DNA of 40,660 nt from a bacterium. Its GTDB lineage: Bacteria > JAJRZV01. The notes beneath the pieces are model-generated. The model ran no database searches. It saw only the letters and a program-made list of their open reading frames with translations, and was not told where the DNA came from. This document shows, piece by piece, positions 28,594-39,258 of this stretch. The first letter of the stretch is position 1. Each line of letters opens with the position of its first letter. The stretch spans positions 1 to 40,660 of the forward strand of contig JAJRZV010000093.1 in the NCBI GenBank assembly GCA_024275095.1, read 5' to 3'. The position numbers were made by a program, and so were the translations under genes.

Positions 28594-30653
28594 GCAATCG
28601 CACCAGAGATTTTCTCCTGGAGATCGGCGTAGAGGATTTGCCCCCTTCTTTTGTGCCTTCCATGCTTGAACAGTTGAAAAGAGGAGTGGAGACCGGCCTT
28701 GCCGAAAAGAAGATTCTTTTTGGAAAGACGGAGGTAATGGGGACACATCGGCGTCTTGTGGTACTGGTGAAGAGCGTGGAAGAGAGACGCATGTGTGAGG
28801 AGGTTTTTGTTCAGGGTCCTCCTGAGAAGGTGGCGTTTAGAAATGGCAGGCCAACCGATACTTTAAGGGGCTTTTTAAGAGCCAAAGGCGCATCAATTAA
28901 AAATGTGGAGGTAAAAGAAACCCCCAGGGGGCGATACGTGTTTGTAAAGGTTCGCACGGGAGGCGACTCTGTTCTCCCCCACCTTTCAGACCTCGCTCAA
29001 AGGGTCATTCACAGCCTTTCCGCTCCCAAAACAATGCGGTGGGACTCTTCCGGAGTCCGCTTTCCCCGTCCGCTCAGGTATGTACTTGCTCTTTACGGGA
29101 ACAGAGTCGTCCCTTTTAGTTTCGGCAATGTAAGTGCAGGACGTAAAACGTGCCCGGACCGCTTGAGCCGAAAGGCTGTGACAGTGCGCGATGTAAGAGA
29201 GTATTTCCAGATAATGAAAAAGGCAGGGATTATCCTGGACCCTCTCAAACGAGCATCACGCATTCGCTCTTCCATAAGTCGGCTGGCAGCAGGTGCAGAG
29301 GCAAAAGCCCTTATAAGTGATGAAGCCATAGAAGAAGTGGTTTTTATGACAGAACATCCACGATGCGTGCTTTGTCCTTTTGATGAGCGCTTCGTGCGGC
29401 TTCCCCGGGAGGTCGTCTCTACGGTCCTTCAACATCACATCAGGGCGTTTCCACTTACAAGATCAAACGGTCAGCTGTACCCTGCCGCCGTGTTTGTAGC
29501 AGATACACTCACCGCCTCGCGACGTGTAGTCAGGGCGGGACTTCAGCGTGTTATTACTGCACGCTTGGAGGATGCCGAGTTTTACTATATGGAAGATCGA
29601 AAGCGTGATGTGAAGAGCTTTGTTGAGGCACTCAAGGGAATTAACTTCGGTGAGGGCTTGGGAACAATGTGGGATCGCATCGGTCGAATTGAGACACTGT
29701 TAGAAATATACGGAGGAATAGATGAAAAAAAACTGGGTGCTCTTGCACAACTTATGGATTTTGACCTTGCCACCAGCCTCGTGTCCGAATTTCCTGAGCT
29801 CCACGGTGTTATCGGTCGAATTTATGCGGTGGAGCGGGGGTTTCCTGACGATGTGGCCGAAGCTCTGGAAGAACACGTGCTGCCTCGCTTTTCAGGAGAC
29901 AAGCTCCCTTCGACTCCTCTTGGAGTTGCAGCGGCCGTGTGTGACCGCGTGGATTCCATTTGCGGTCATATGGCAGCCGGTCACAAGCCCACTGCGGAGG
30001 CGGACCCATTTGGTGTAAGGCGTGAAACTATCGGTTTGTGTGAAATTTTGTTGGAGCATTTTCCCGATATTAATCTCGAAGAACTCGTAAAGCAGGGTTT
30101 GAGGGGTTATGCCTCCGAAGCCTTATTGTCTGAAACAATGGAGTTTATACTTCAACGGTTCAGGCAGCAGGCTGTAAGAAGAGACCTTAGGCGCGATTTT
30201 GTTGAAGCCTGCATTATCTCGCCGTATAATCCCCGAACATTTATTATGCGATACCGTGCTCTTGAGAAATCCTTTAAAAGAGGGCTTCTGCCCACAATAG
30301 TGGCTACATGTAAACGTCTCAATAACATTTTGAAAGGTGCACAGGAGATGAAAGAACCGGAGGCGTCACTTTTTCGTGAAAAGGAAGAATGGGAGCTTTT
30401 TCATCACGTGGAAGAATTGCGCCAGCACATGCAGGAAATAGTGGACAAGGGCGATTTTGACAAGGCTCTCGAGGAAGTGGCGACTCTTGCTCCTGTGGTG
30501 AATCGCTTTTTTGAAAAGGTATTTGTAATGGTAGAAGACCCTCTCGTCAGAAGGAATCGTTTGTCTCTTCTCGATAGTGCCAGGAAGGTTTTTTCGCGGC
30601 TGGCTGATTTTTCGAAGATAGAATTTACAGAGGAGATTCGCGAAGTTTCTTGA
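28590..30653 (+). CDS. glyS: Glycine--tRNA ligase beta subunit
   Basis: [53 protein letters not shown]-coupled to glyQ. Confidence 0.95.
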   Translation: MSNRTRDFLLEIGVEDLPPSFVPSMLEQLKRGVETGLAEKKILFGKTEVMGTHRRLVVLVKSVEERRMCEEVFVQGPPEKVAFRNGRPTDTLRGFLRAKGASIKNVEVKETPRGRYVFVKVRTGGDSVLPHLSDLAQRVIHSLSAPKTMRWDSSGVRFPRPLRYVLALYGNRVVPFSFGNVSAGRKTCPDRLSRKAVTVRDVREYFQIMKKAGIILDPLKRASRIRSSISRLAAGAEAKALISDEAIEEVVFMTEHPRCVLCPFDERFVRLPREVVSTVLQHHIRAFPLTRSNGQLYPAAVFVADTLTASRRVVRAGLQRVITARLEDAEFYYMEDRKRDVKSFVEALKGINFGEGLGTMWDRIGRIETLLEIYGGIDEKKLGALAQLMDFDLATSLVSEFPELHGVIGRIYAVERGFPDDVAEALEEHVLPRFSGDKLPSTPLGVAAAVCDRVDSICGHMAAGHKPTAEADPFGVRRETIGLCEILLEHFPDINLEELVKQGLRGYASEALLSETMEFILQRFRQQAVRRDLRRDFVEACIISPYNPRTFIMRYRALEKSFKRGLLPTIVATCKRLNNILKGAQEMKEPEASLFREKEEWELFHHVEELRQHMQEIVDKGDFDKALEEVATLAPVVNRFFEKVFVMVEDPLVRRNRLSLLDSARKVFSRLADFSKIEFTEEIREVS

Positions 30654-30690
30654 AAATATGAAGGTTGAACAAATCCAGGAGGTGCAAAAA

Positions 30691-33495
30691 ATGGCCGCTA
30701 AAAAGTCGAAAAACATCTATTTTTTTGGTGGCGGCAGGGCTGATGGTAATAAGGACATGAAAGATCTGCTCGGTGGGAAAGGTGCCAATCTTGCAGAGAT
30801 GGCGGGATTGGGAATTCCTGTACCCCCTGGATTTACCATTACCACACGTATGTGCCACATTTACTTTAAAAACCGGCGGCGTCTGCCCAGACAGTTTCTC
30901 GAGGATCTTCACAGGGCAATGGCGCGTCTTGAGAGGATGACAGGTAAAAAATTTGGCAATCCGTCCAATCCACTGCTCGTGTCGGTGCGCTCTGGTGCTC
31001 CTGTGTCCATGCCGGGAATGATGGACACTATTTTGAATTTGGGGCTTAACGATCGTACTGTGAGGGGGTTGGAAAAACTCACCGGGGACAGGAGGTTTGC
31101 TCTGGACAGTTATCGCCGTCTTATCATGATGTTTGGGGACGTGGTGCTCAGGATACCGAGGGAAGAATTTGACAAGGTGTTTGAAGGTTTTAAAGCGAGA
31201 GCCGGTGTGAAGACGGATGTGGAGGTGCCGCCTGATGTGCTTGCAGACATAGTGGAGGAGTTCAAATCCATTGTCCAGGACAAGACGGGAAAACCTTTCC
31301 CTCAGAATGTTTACAAACAGCTTGAAATGGCAGTGGCGGCGGTGTTCCTCTCGTGGAACAATCCCCGTGCTATTTATTACAGGAAGCAGAATAACATTCC
31401 TGATGATATGGGCACTGCTGTAAATGTCCAGACCATGGTTTTTGGCAACATGGGTGATGATTCCGCGACGGGTGTGGGATTTACGCGCAATCCCGCAACA
31501 GGTGAAAAAGAATTTTACGGGGAATACCTTACCAATGCCCAGGGTGAGGATGTTGTTGCCGGGGTAAGGACGCCGAAGAAGATTACTGCTCTGAAGGAAG
31601 AAATGCCTGAGGTGTACAGGGAACTTATTAAGATCGCCCAGCGACTGGAAAAGCACTACCGGGATATGCAGGATATCGAATTCACCATTGAAAAGGGCAA
31701 ACTCTATCTTCTCCAGACACGCGCAGGCAAACGGACTGCTCGTGCCGCTGTAAAAATTGCTGTTGACATGGTAAAGGAACGTCTCATTACACGTGAAGAA
31801 GCTGTTTTGCGTGTGGACCCGCACGTTCTGAATCAACTTCTTCACCCCGTGATTTCCATTGATGCTGAATACACGCCGCTTGCTAAAGGCCTGGGTGCAA
31901 GTCCTGGAGCCGCGGTTGGAAAGGTGGTTTTTTCCGCAGATGCAGCAGTGGAGTGGGCAGCGAAGGGAGAACCTGTAATTCTCGTGAGAAAGGAGACTTC
32001 TCCTGAGGACATTCACGGCATGGACGCAGCCCAGGGTATTCTCACATCCAGAGGCGGTATGACCTCGCATGCAGCAGTTGTGGCACGTCACATGGGGAAG
32101 CCCTGTGTGGTGGGGTGTGAAGAACTGGAAATAGACGACAACAGAAAGCGGTTTAAAGTGAGCGGTACAATCGTAAATGAAGGGGATTTTATCACTATAG
32201 ATGGCTCTACCGGTGAAGTGATTTTGGGTCAACTTCCGCTGGAAGATCCCCAAATTTCCGGGGAGTTTGAGGAATTTATGTCCTGGGCTGATAAGTTCAG
32301 GAAACTCCGCGTGAGAGCCAATGCTGATACTCCTGGTGACGCCAGGCTTGCAAGGGAATTCGGCGCTGAGGGCATCGGGCTCTGCCGCACGGAGCACATG
32401 TTCTTCGGCGAGGAACGTATCGGCGTTATGCAGGCCATGATCATGGCAGAGACCACATCTGAGAGGAAAAAATATCTTGACCAGCTGGAGCCCATGCAAG
32501 CGGAAGATTTTGAGGGAATATTTGAAGCCATGGAAGGCTATCCTGTAACCATTCGTTTGCTGGACCCCCCATTGCACGAGTTTCTTCCAACTGCAGAAGA
32601 GATAAAGAAATCCATAGAAGAGGAGGAAAGTAAAGATAATCCTGATAGGGATCGACTCGAGCAGCTGAGAAAACTGCTGGCCCGTACAGAGGAACTGAAA
32701 GAGTTTAATCCCATGCTGGGGCTGAGGGGTGTCCGTTTGGGCCTTCTCTATCCCGAGGTTTACCAGATGCAGGTGCGCGCGATCATCAAAGCGGCCCTCA
32801 GGTGTCGTAAAAGGGGAATCAAGGTGACCCCTGAAATCATGATTCCTCTCGTGGGAATTGAAGGTGAAATCAGCAAGATGAACGAGATGGTAAGGTATGT
32901 GGCTGATGCACTCGTTAAAGAAGCAGGGATCAAGCTGGAATATAAAGTGGGTACAATGGTGGAAGTCCCTCGTGCGGCACTTACCGCCGATGAAATTGCC
33001 AGGCACGCAGAATTTTTCTCGTTTGGTACGAATGACCTTACTCAGACAACATTTGGGTTTTCCAGAGACGATTCCGCCAAGATCATAAAGACCTATCTTG
33101 AGTACAGTACCCGCTGTGAAAAATGTGGTGGTGAACTCGACGAGAGTTTTACGTGTGGTACATGTGGAGGTACTTATTCCATGAAACCAGCTCCCATACT
33201 GGATACAGACCCATTTCAGACGCTGGATGTGAGCGGAGTGGGTGAACTTATGAAAATTGCCATTGAGAAGGGTCGCTCCGTACGCAGGGACCTGAAGCTG
33301 GGGATCTGTGGTGAACACGGGGGTGACCCTGCGTCCGTAGAGTACTGTCACAACCTTGGATTGGAATACGTTAGTTGTTCACCCTATCGCGTTCCTATTG
33401 CACGTCTTGCAGCAGCCCAGGCAACGATTCGTGCAAAACAGAAGGCCAGACAGGATAAAAAAACATCAAAGAAAAAGAGGAAAAAGCGGGCATGA
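30691..33495 (+). CDS. ppdK: Pyruvate, phosphate dikinase (with a Cys4 insertion)
   Basis: LGGKGANLAEM, VSVRSGA, GGMTSHAAVVAR, GIGLCRTEHMF, SFGTNDLTQ, GICGEHGG, YVSCSPYRVP; GGAGGTG upstream of ATG 30691. Confidence 0.97.
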   Translation: MAAKKSKNIYFFGGGRADGNKDMKDLLGGKGANLAEMAGLGIPVPPGFTITTRMCHIYFKNRRRLPRQFLEDLHRAMARLERMTGKKFGNPSNPLLVSVRSGAPVSMPGMMDTILNLGLNDRTVRGLEKLTGDRRFALDSYRRLIMMFGDVVLRIPREEFDKVFEGFKARAGVKTDVEVPPDVLADIVEEFKSIVQDKTGKPFPQNVYKQLEMAVAAVFLSWNNPRAIYYRKQNNIPDDMGTAVNVQTMVFGNMGDDSATGVGFTRNPATGEKEFYGEYLTNAQGEDVVAGVRTPKKITALKEEMPEVYRELIKIAQRLEKHYRDMQDIEFTIEKGKLYLLQTRAGKRTARAAVKIAVDMVKERLITREEAVLRVDPHVLNQLLHPVISIDAEYTPLAKGLGASPGAAVGKVVFSADAAVEWAAKGEPVILVRKETSPEDIHGMDAAQGILTSRGGMTSHAAVVARHMGKPCVVGCEELEIDDNRKRFKVSGTIVNEGDFITIDGSTGEVILGQLPLEDPQISGEFEEFMSWADKFRKLRVRANADTPGDARLAREFGAEGIGLCRTEHMFFGEERIGVMQAMIMAETTSERKKYLDQLEPMQAEDFEGIFEAMEGYPVTIRLLDPPLHEFLPTAEEIKKSIEEEESKDNPDRDRLEQLRKLLARTEELKEFNPMLGLRGVRLGLLYPEVYQMQVRAIIKAALRCRKRGIKVTPEIMIPLVGIEGEISKMNEMVRYVADALVKEAGIKLEYKVGTMVEVPRAALTADEIARHAEFFSFGTNDLTQTTFGFSRDDSAKIIKTYLEYSTRCEKCGGELDESFTCGTCGGTYSMKPAPILDTDPFQTLDVSGVGELMKIAIEKGRSVRRDLKLGICGEHGGDPASVEYCHNLGLEYVSCSPYRVPIARLAAAQATIRAKQKARQDKKTSKKKRKKRA

Positions 33496-34061
33496 AAGAC
33501 CATGTTGACAGGTCCAGACCTTTGATCCTGAGTTATAAAGGCAAAACTCCAGTTATAGGTGAAGGAGTTTACCTGGCTCCTGGAGCATGTGTGATCGGTG
33601 ATGTAGTCATTGGTAACGACTCATCGGTATGGTTCGGCACGGTGGTGCGTGGAGATGAGCACTATATAAAAATTGGGTCGGAAACGAACATCCAGGATAT
33701 GTGCGTGCTTCATGTAACAGAAGGAAAGTTCCCACTGATTGTAGGTAGTAGGGTTACGATAGGACATGGTGCTGTGGTACATGCCTGCACGGTGGAGGAT
33801 GAGGTGCTTGTCGGAATTGGTTCGGTGGTACTTGATGGTGCAATTGTACGGAAACACTCGGTGGTGGCAGCAGGAGCGCTCGTTCCACCGGGGATGGAAG
33901 TTCCAGCAGGAACGATAGTGGCCGGTGTTCCAGCACGCGTTCTCAGAGAGTTGAAACCTGAAGAAGTAGAGTCCCTTATAATGCATAAATATCGAAATTA
34001 TTTGAAAGTCAAAGAAGACTACCTTTCTGCCTCTACGAGTGCGGTAGATTCAGCTTCTTGA
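33492..34061 (+). CDS. Gamma carbonic anhydrase family (YrdA-like) protein
   Basis: Hexapeptide repeats; VVRGD, TNIQDMCVLH, TIGHGAVVHAC. Confidence 0.9.
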   Translation: MKDHVDRSRPLILSYKGKTPVIGEGVYLAPGACVIGDVVIGNDSSVWFGTVVRGDEHYIKIGSETNIQDMCVLHVTEGKFPLIVGSRVTIGHGAVVHACTVEDEVLVGIGSVVLDGAIVRKHSVVAAGALVPPGMEVPAGTIVAGVPARVLRELKPEEVESLIMHKYRNYLKVKEDYLSASTSAVDSAS

Positions 34062-34073
34062 GTTTCTCTGTGC

Positions 34074-34985
34074 ATGAAAGTAGCAGGCTTTGACATTGGA
34101 ACAAATACTGTTAGATGTGTCGTACTTGAAAAGAGAGACGGGAAATGGAGGCACTTACACTACTATCGGAAGGTCACCCGCCTTGGAGAGGGACTCGTTT
34201 CTACGGGAGTGATCAGTGACTCCGCATTTCACAGGACTGAACAGGCTCTGATGACATTGAGGGCAGAGATTGAACGCATGGGTGTAGAGTGCATATGTGC
34301 AGCCGGAACTTATTCTTTCAGGCAAGCGCATAACGGAGAAGAAGTCGCGAAGAAGATCGGGCTTATATTGAAAAGACCGGTACGCATCCTGTCTTCAGAG
34401 GAAGAGGCTTCCCTTATGGTAAAAGGCGTTTTTCTCACTCTTTCGCCTTTTACAGGTGATGCGATATGTGTGGATATAGGTGGTGGTAGCACGGAATGTA
34501 TCCGCCTCAGAGCCGGCGAGGTGGTCAGTGCCGTTTCTCTCCCTACCGGGGTGGTGACTCTTGTGGAAGAGTATCTCAGTACGGACCCGCCTTCACAAGA
34601 TGATCTGACACGTATATATCATAAGGTGAAGACGGATATTTTAAATTCCCCAGTAGACGTGAAGGGGGCGAGGCGCATTTATGGAAACTGTGGAACTTTT
34701 TCGGCACTTGCCATGATGAATCTGGGTCTCCAATCGTATGAGCGGGAAAAGTTGCATGGTTATATAATAAAAAGGGAAGATTTTGAAAGGTTAAAGCAGA
34801 AAATCGTTCTTTCGCACAGAGCGGAGAGGATTAAGATGCCGGGTATCGGCAGGGGAAGAGAGGACGTGATTATAGCAGGAGTGGTTTTACTTCAGGTGTT
34901 GATGGAGCTTTCAGGGGCAGGAGAGCTGGTCGTCAGCGAAGACGGCTGGCTGGAAGCATTCACCCTGCAGGAGTGTGGAACTTGA
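34074..34985 (+). CDS. ppx: Ppx/GppA family phosphatase
   Basis: DIGTNTVR, VTRLGEG, EEEA, DIGGGSTE, GREDVIIAG. Confidence 0.88.
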   Translation: MKVAGFDIGTNTVRCVVLEKRDGKWRHLHYYRKVTRLGEGLVSTGVISDSAFHRTEQALMTLRAEIERMGVECICAAGTYSFRQAHNGEEVAKKIGLILKRPVRILSSEEEASLMVKGVFLTLSPFTGDAICVDIGGGSTECIRLRAGEVVSAVSLPTGVVTLVEEYLSTDPPSQDDLTRIYHKVKTDILNSPVDVKGARRIYGNCGTFSALAMMNLGLQSYEREKLHGYIIKREDFERLKQKIVLSHRAERIKMPGIGRGREDVIIAGVVLLQVLMELSGAGELVVSEDGWLEAFTLQECGT

Positions 34986-35659
34986 AGAAAAGGGTAAGGG
35001 CTGTGGCGTCCCAGCTGTGGAAGTGGTTTAAGTATTATTTTGGCGGAGGCCTCGTTGCTATCGCGCCCCTTCTTGTAACAGGGTATATCATTGTTTTCCT
35101 CATTCGCCAGGTAGATAAAATTTTCCTGTTTCTATTGCCACAGCAGTGGGAGTTTATCGTACGTTTCCCGGGATTTAGCGTGGTGGCTACTGTGGTTATT
35201 ATTACCCTCACGGGGGTTGTGGTACGAAATCGCGTGGGCAGGGCGCTCCAGAGAATTGTAGAATTTATTGTCCAGAAGGTTCCTCTGGCGCGTACCATCT
35301 ATCAGGCCATTAAGCAATTCATGGTTGCTTTTGTAGAAGGAGAAGATGATCGCTTTAAGCGAGCGGTTGCTTTCGAGTATCCACGCAAAGGAATTTATGC
35401 CATCGGGTTTGTCACAGGTGAAGCCAAAGGAATTCTCAAGCACGATGAAGATGTAAACTACTTAAGCGTGTTCCTCCCCACCACTCCAAATCCCACGTCT
35501 GGGTTTTATTTGATGGTACCTGAAAAAGAGACAGTCCCTGTTGATGCAAGCATAGAAGATGTTTTTCGGTTAATTATTTCCGGAGGCATAGCGGAACTGG
35601 AAGAAAGTGAGAAAATACCCCGGAACGGTGATTGTAAAAATAAAAACAAAGGAAAATAA
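34973..35659 (+). CDS. DUF502 family membrane protein
   Basis: VPLARTIYQAIKQ, FEYPRKGIYAIGFVT, VFLPTTPNPTSGF, LIISGG. Confidence 0.88.
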   Translation: MWNLKKRVRAVASQLWKWFKYYFGGGLVAIAPLLVTGYIIVFLIRQVDKIFLFLLPQQWEFIVRFPGFSVVATVVIITLTGVVVRNRVGRALQRIVEFIVQKVPLARTIYQAIKQFMVAFVEGEDDRFKRAVAFEYPRKGIYAIGFVTGEAKGILKHDEDVNYLSVFLPTTPNPTSGFYLMVPEKETVPVDASIEDVFRLIISGGIAELEESEKIPRNGDCKNKNKGK

Positions 35660-35665
35660 AAACGA

Positions 35666-37219
35666 ATGGGAAAAGGAGTGACCAGGCGCATTACATATTC
35701 GATCCGCATGAGAGAATTCATCGCTGTTTTTATTATTCTTTCGCTGGTGGGTCTTAAAGCCGCAGGTTTTGAGAAGTTTCGTGCTTCATGGAAGTGGATC
35801 GGGCTGTTTTCGATTTTCGTTTTTCTCTCTCTTGCAGTGCATCGGTTTCTACAGCGGCTTTACCGGGATATACCGGCGGTACTTTACGGGGCCGCGTTCC
35901 TGGATGTTGTGGGTGTGTGCGGAACAGTTGCTCTGGTTCGATATCCAGGCAATCCCTATGTCACTCTTTTCCCCCTCGCTGCGGCTACCTGGGCTGTACT
36001 CGCTCCGGGGAATTACGTCCACTTTGTAAATGTTTTAAGTGCTGGTTTCTGGTTTTCCTGGAAAATGGGTATGGAAAAGGTGGCATTTTTCCACGCGTTT
36101 CTGGAAGGCACCGTGATTCTTGCGGTCATGTATGCCGTCTCCGTGGGCTTGGGGCAGGTGGTTCGTGCGCTTGAGAAGAAGCGAAAAGAGGTTGTAGAGC
36201 TTAACAAGAAACTTTCGGCCGAGAAACGTGAATTGAAGGATTATGCCGACGAGGTCTTGAGTTTTACCAGCGAGGTGGAGTTTAAAAAAGAAATGTCCGA
36301 AAGGGCTCGCAAACGTTACGAAATTCTTTTTGCCCTCTCGAAAAGGTTGAGGGATACAGACGGTGAAAATATCGAATGGATTACCAGCATTTTTATGAAG
36401 ACGCTCCTGGAACATTGTGAATCTTTTTATATGGCTACCAGCTGGCGTTTGAGGAACAAGATTTCTGTGAAAGAGATGGGTAAAAAGCCCGAAGATGAAC
36501 ACCTGCGTTCATCCATATCGAGAGCGCTCGCTGGAGCGGAAGAAGTTCCCCTTCCTCCCGAGGTTGCGATTGCCCGCCACACCCTCGGAGATAAAGACCA
36601 CGTGGCAATTGCCGTGTTGTTTGCATCTCCGTATTTTGCAGATTATTACTCAGATGTTGTTGATGAGAGCTGCCGCATTCTCGCTGTGGAAATCATGCGT
36701 CTCAAATACACAGATGCTCTTAAACGTTTAACCATCACCGACGATCTTACCGGTCTTTACAATCACCGTTATTTTCATCAGCGCCTGGAAGAGGAAAAAG
36801 ACAGGTGCATCAGGATGAACGTGCCGCTTTCACTGATCATGCTGGATTTTGACCAGTTTAAAGCAATCAATGACCAGTACGGCCATCTTTTCGGAGACAG
36901 GGTATTGAAAGAATCAGCTGCCCGGTTAAAGACCTCATGTCGCAGAACAGATATAATATGTAGATACGGCGGCGAAGAATTTACAGTGATTCTTCCCGGA
37001 ACCTCTCTTGAGGGGGCGGTACAGGTGGCAGAAAAGATTCGCCAGGCGTTTGAAAAACCGCTTGAGCAGCTTACTCCTTCGGTGAAGGTTACTGTGTCGC
37101 TTGGTGTTTCGGCACTTCGGGCAGGGGAGACCAGCACATCGGAACTTGTTGCGCGGGCTGACACAGCGCTTTTAACTGCAAAACGTAACGGCCGCAATCG
37201 GGTGGAGGTGTACGGGTGA
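35666..37219 (+). CDS. Membrane-anchored diguanylate cyclase (GGDEF domain)
   Basis: N-terminal TM helices and coiled coil; TDDLTGLYNHRYF, FKAINDQYGH, I-site RRTD, active site RYGGEEF; start may be 35708. Confidence 0.9.
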   Translation: MGKGVTRRITYSIRMREFIAVFIILSLVGLKAAGFEKFRASWKWIGLFSIFVFLSLAVHRFLQRLYRDIPAVLYGAAFLDVVGVCGTVALVRYPGNPYVTLFPLAAATWAVLAPGNYVHFVNVLSAGFWFSWKMGMEKVAFFHAFLEGTVILAVMYAVSVGLGQVVRALEKKRKEVVELNKKLSAEKRELKDYADEVLSFTSEVEFKKEMSERARKRYEILFALSKRLRDTDGENIEWITSIFMKTLLEHCESFYMATSWRLRNKISVKEMGKKPEDEHLRSSISRALAGAEEVPLPPEVAIARHTLGDKDHVAIAVLFASPYFADYYSDVVDESCRILAVEIMRLKYTDALKRLTITDDLTGLYNHRYFHQRLEEEKDRCIRMNVPLSLIMLDFDQFKAINDQYGHLFGDRVLKESAARLKTSCRRTDIICRYGGEEFTVILPGTSLEGAVQVAEKIRQAFEKPLEQLTPSVKVTVSLGVSALRAGETSTSELVARADTALLTAKRNGRNRVEVYG

Positions 37220-37623
37220 ATTTTCGGTTCCATCATCAAAGGCGGGGTGGTTCTATTCTTGACATTACCCCACTTGTTGACACGGTTTTTAATCTGATGA
37301 TTTTTTTCGCTCTTTCCATGAATTTTATTGCCACGCCAGGATTTAAAGTAAAATTACCTGAGGCTTCGAGTGCTACACCGGTGAGGGAGAGGAAAAATCT
37401 CGAGGTTGTTATAAAGGCTGACGGCAATATATATATTGATAGTGACGTGATAATGGACATTCGTAAAGAAATGAAAAAGCGTTTTCACACGGGCATGTAC
37501 AGGGCTGTGATAATAAAAGCTGATTCGCGCACCCCACACGGTCGTGTTGTTGAGGTGCTTGATGCCGCAAAGGCAGCGGGTTTCAGGATGCTCGCTATTG
37601 CTACGGGACCAAGAAGGCAATGA
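37216..37623 (+). CDS. exbD: ExbD/TolR family protein
   Basis: LDITPLVDTVFNLMIFF, VKLPEAS, IIKAD..PHGRVVEVLD. Confidence 0.88.
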   Translation: MNFRFHHQRRGGSILDITPLVDTVFNLMIFFALSMNFIATPGFKVKLPEASSATPVRERKNLEVVIKADGNIYIDSDVIMDIRKEMKKRFHTGMYRAVIIKADSRTPHGRVVEVLDAAKAAGFRMLAIATGPRRQ

Positions 37624-37940
37624 CTCGGCAGCAAAAGCGTGCGATAGCGATAGCATTTGTCGTATCTGTCGTTTTGTTTCTGTACGCCATTTTTAATAAA
37701 ACAGGTGTTATAACAATGCTCGCCAAGAAGGACGATATGTATGCCATACAGAGAGAAAATCAGAGGCTCAGGGAAGAGAATGAAAAGCTCAAAGAAGAAT
37801 TGAAAAAATTGAAGTCTGACAGGGAATACCTGGAGATGCTGGTGAGGGAAAAACTGGAAGTGGTCAAAGATGACGAAATTCTTGTAAAGTTTTTAAAAAA
37901 TAGAGAAAGTTCCCGGGACAGAAAAGGCGAAAACAGGTGA
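37620..37940 (+). CDS. ftsB: Septum formation initiator FtsB/DivIC
   Basis: One TM helix, coiled coil, YLEMLVREKLEVVKDDE. Confidence 0.8.
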   Translation: MTRQQKRAIAIAFVVSVVLFLYAIFNKTGVITMLAKKDDMYAIQRENQRLREENEKLKEELKKLKSDREYLEMLVREKLEVVKDDEILVKFLKNRESSRDRKGENR

Positions 37941-39252
37941 AGAAACAACTGACTCCTCCGCAACTGCTGACGTTGAGTTTTATTTTTCTTATTGGAACAG
38001 GAACCGTGCTTCTGAAACTGCCCTATTCAGCCCGCCCCCATCTTACATGGTTGGAGGCTTTTTTCACCTCTGCATCTGCCGTGTGTGTAACAGGACTTAC
38101 AGTGATTGACGTAGGATCCCGCCTCACATCGTTCGGGCAATGGGTGTTGCTGGTTCTCATACAGCTTGGTGGTTTGGGACTTATGAGTTTTTCTGTAGCG
38201 ACTCTTTATCTTCTTCGCGGCGTATCGTCTATTGCGGGTAGAGACGCTATTAAAAGCACTTTTTCGCCCCATGAAATGCTGGAAGTGAAAAACCTTCTGC
38301 GCAAGGTTTTTCTTTATACATTCAGTATTGAAGCGGCAGGAGCGGGAGTTTTTTTTTAGCCTGGTTTCGGGAAGAGAGCATCTTTCATACTCTCTTTAGT
38401 GCAATTTTTCATGCTGTGTCTGCCTTCTGCAATGCCGGGTTTTCACTTTACAGTACCAGCCTGGAAGCTTTTTACAACAGACCGCTAACCGTGATAACGT
38501 TTTCGCTTCTTATCATTGCAGGCGGCCTGGGCTTTTTTACTCTTGATGATGTCGTCAATCGAGTTCGATTAAGAAGCAGGCGCTTCTCGCTCAATACAAA
38601 GCTGGTGCTTGTATCTACGGGGCTTTTACTGGCAGGAGGTACAGTATTAATCTTTTTGCTTGAGAGGAACGGTGCTCTTGCCGCTCAGTCGTGGCCGGTG
38701 GGATTGCTCAATGCTTTTTTCCAGGCTGTCACATCGCGGACAGCAGGTTTTAATACCCTGCCCATAGGAGTCCTTGCCCCTGCTTCAGCAGTTGTTCTTA
38801 TCTGCCTTATGTTTATCGGTGCATCTTCAGGGTCCTGTGGAGGTGGCATAAAAACGGGGACAATTTCCGTGATTATGCTTACCATCAAATCTTCTCTTAT
38901 GGGGAAGGAACAGGTGGAGGCGTTCAGCAAAAGCATACCCAACGAGGTGGTATTCAGGGCCGTAACTGTTGTCGTGGGTGCAGCACTCCTCGTTTTCACG
39001 GGGTGTATTGTTATTCTCGCGGTTGAAGGAACACGGTTTTACTTTCTCGATGTGATTTTTGAAGTTGTTTCAGCGTTTGGCACTGTAGGGCTTTCCCGGG
39101 GAATCACCACTCAGCTCAGCCCCGCATCTCAAGTAACGCTGACCCTTCTCATGTTCGGTGGCCGCGTGGGACTCCTGAATCTTGCATTTGCTGTGAGGCG
39201 TCTGGAGGCCGCCCGCATTGAATATCCTGAAGAGAATGTGATGATAGGATAG
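37937..39252 (+). pseudogene. trkH: TrkH/KtrB potassium uptake protein, frameshifted at the T9 run 38349-38357
   Basis: FTSASAVCVTGL and LIQLGGLG in the 5' frame; LAWFREES..FHAVSAFCNAGF, RTAGFN, GGGIK, FEVVSAFGTVGLS, MFGGRVG in the -1 frame. Confidence 0.85.
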
Positions 39253-39258
39253 GATCCG

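Noticed and set aside
33103-33195. Intein in ppdK
   Set aside because: Far too short and lacks the terminal His-Asn followed by Cys/Ser/Thr.
30625-33351. 908-aa antisense ORF
   Set aside because: Lies opposite ppdK almost throughout and has no recognisable motifs; best explained as a codon-bias shadow of a conserved gene.
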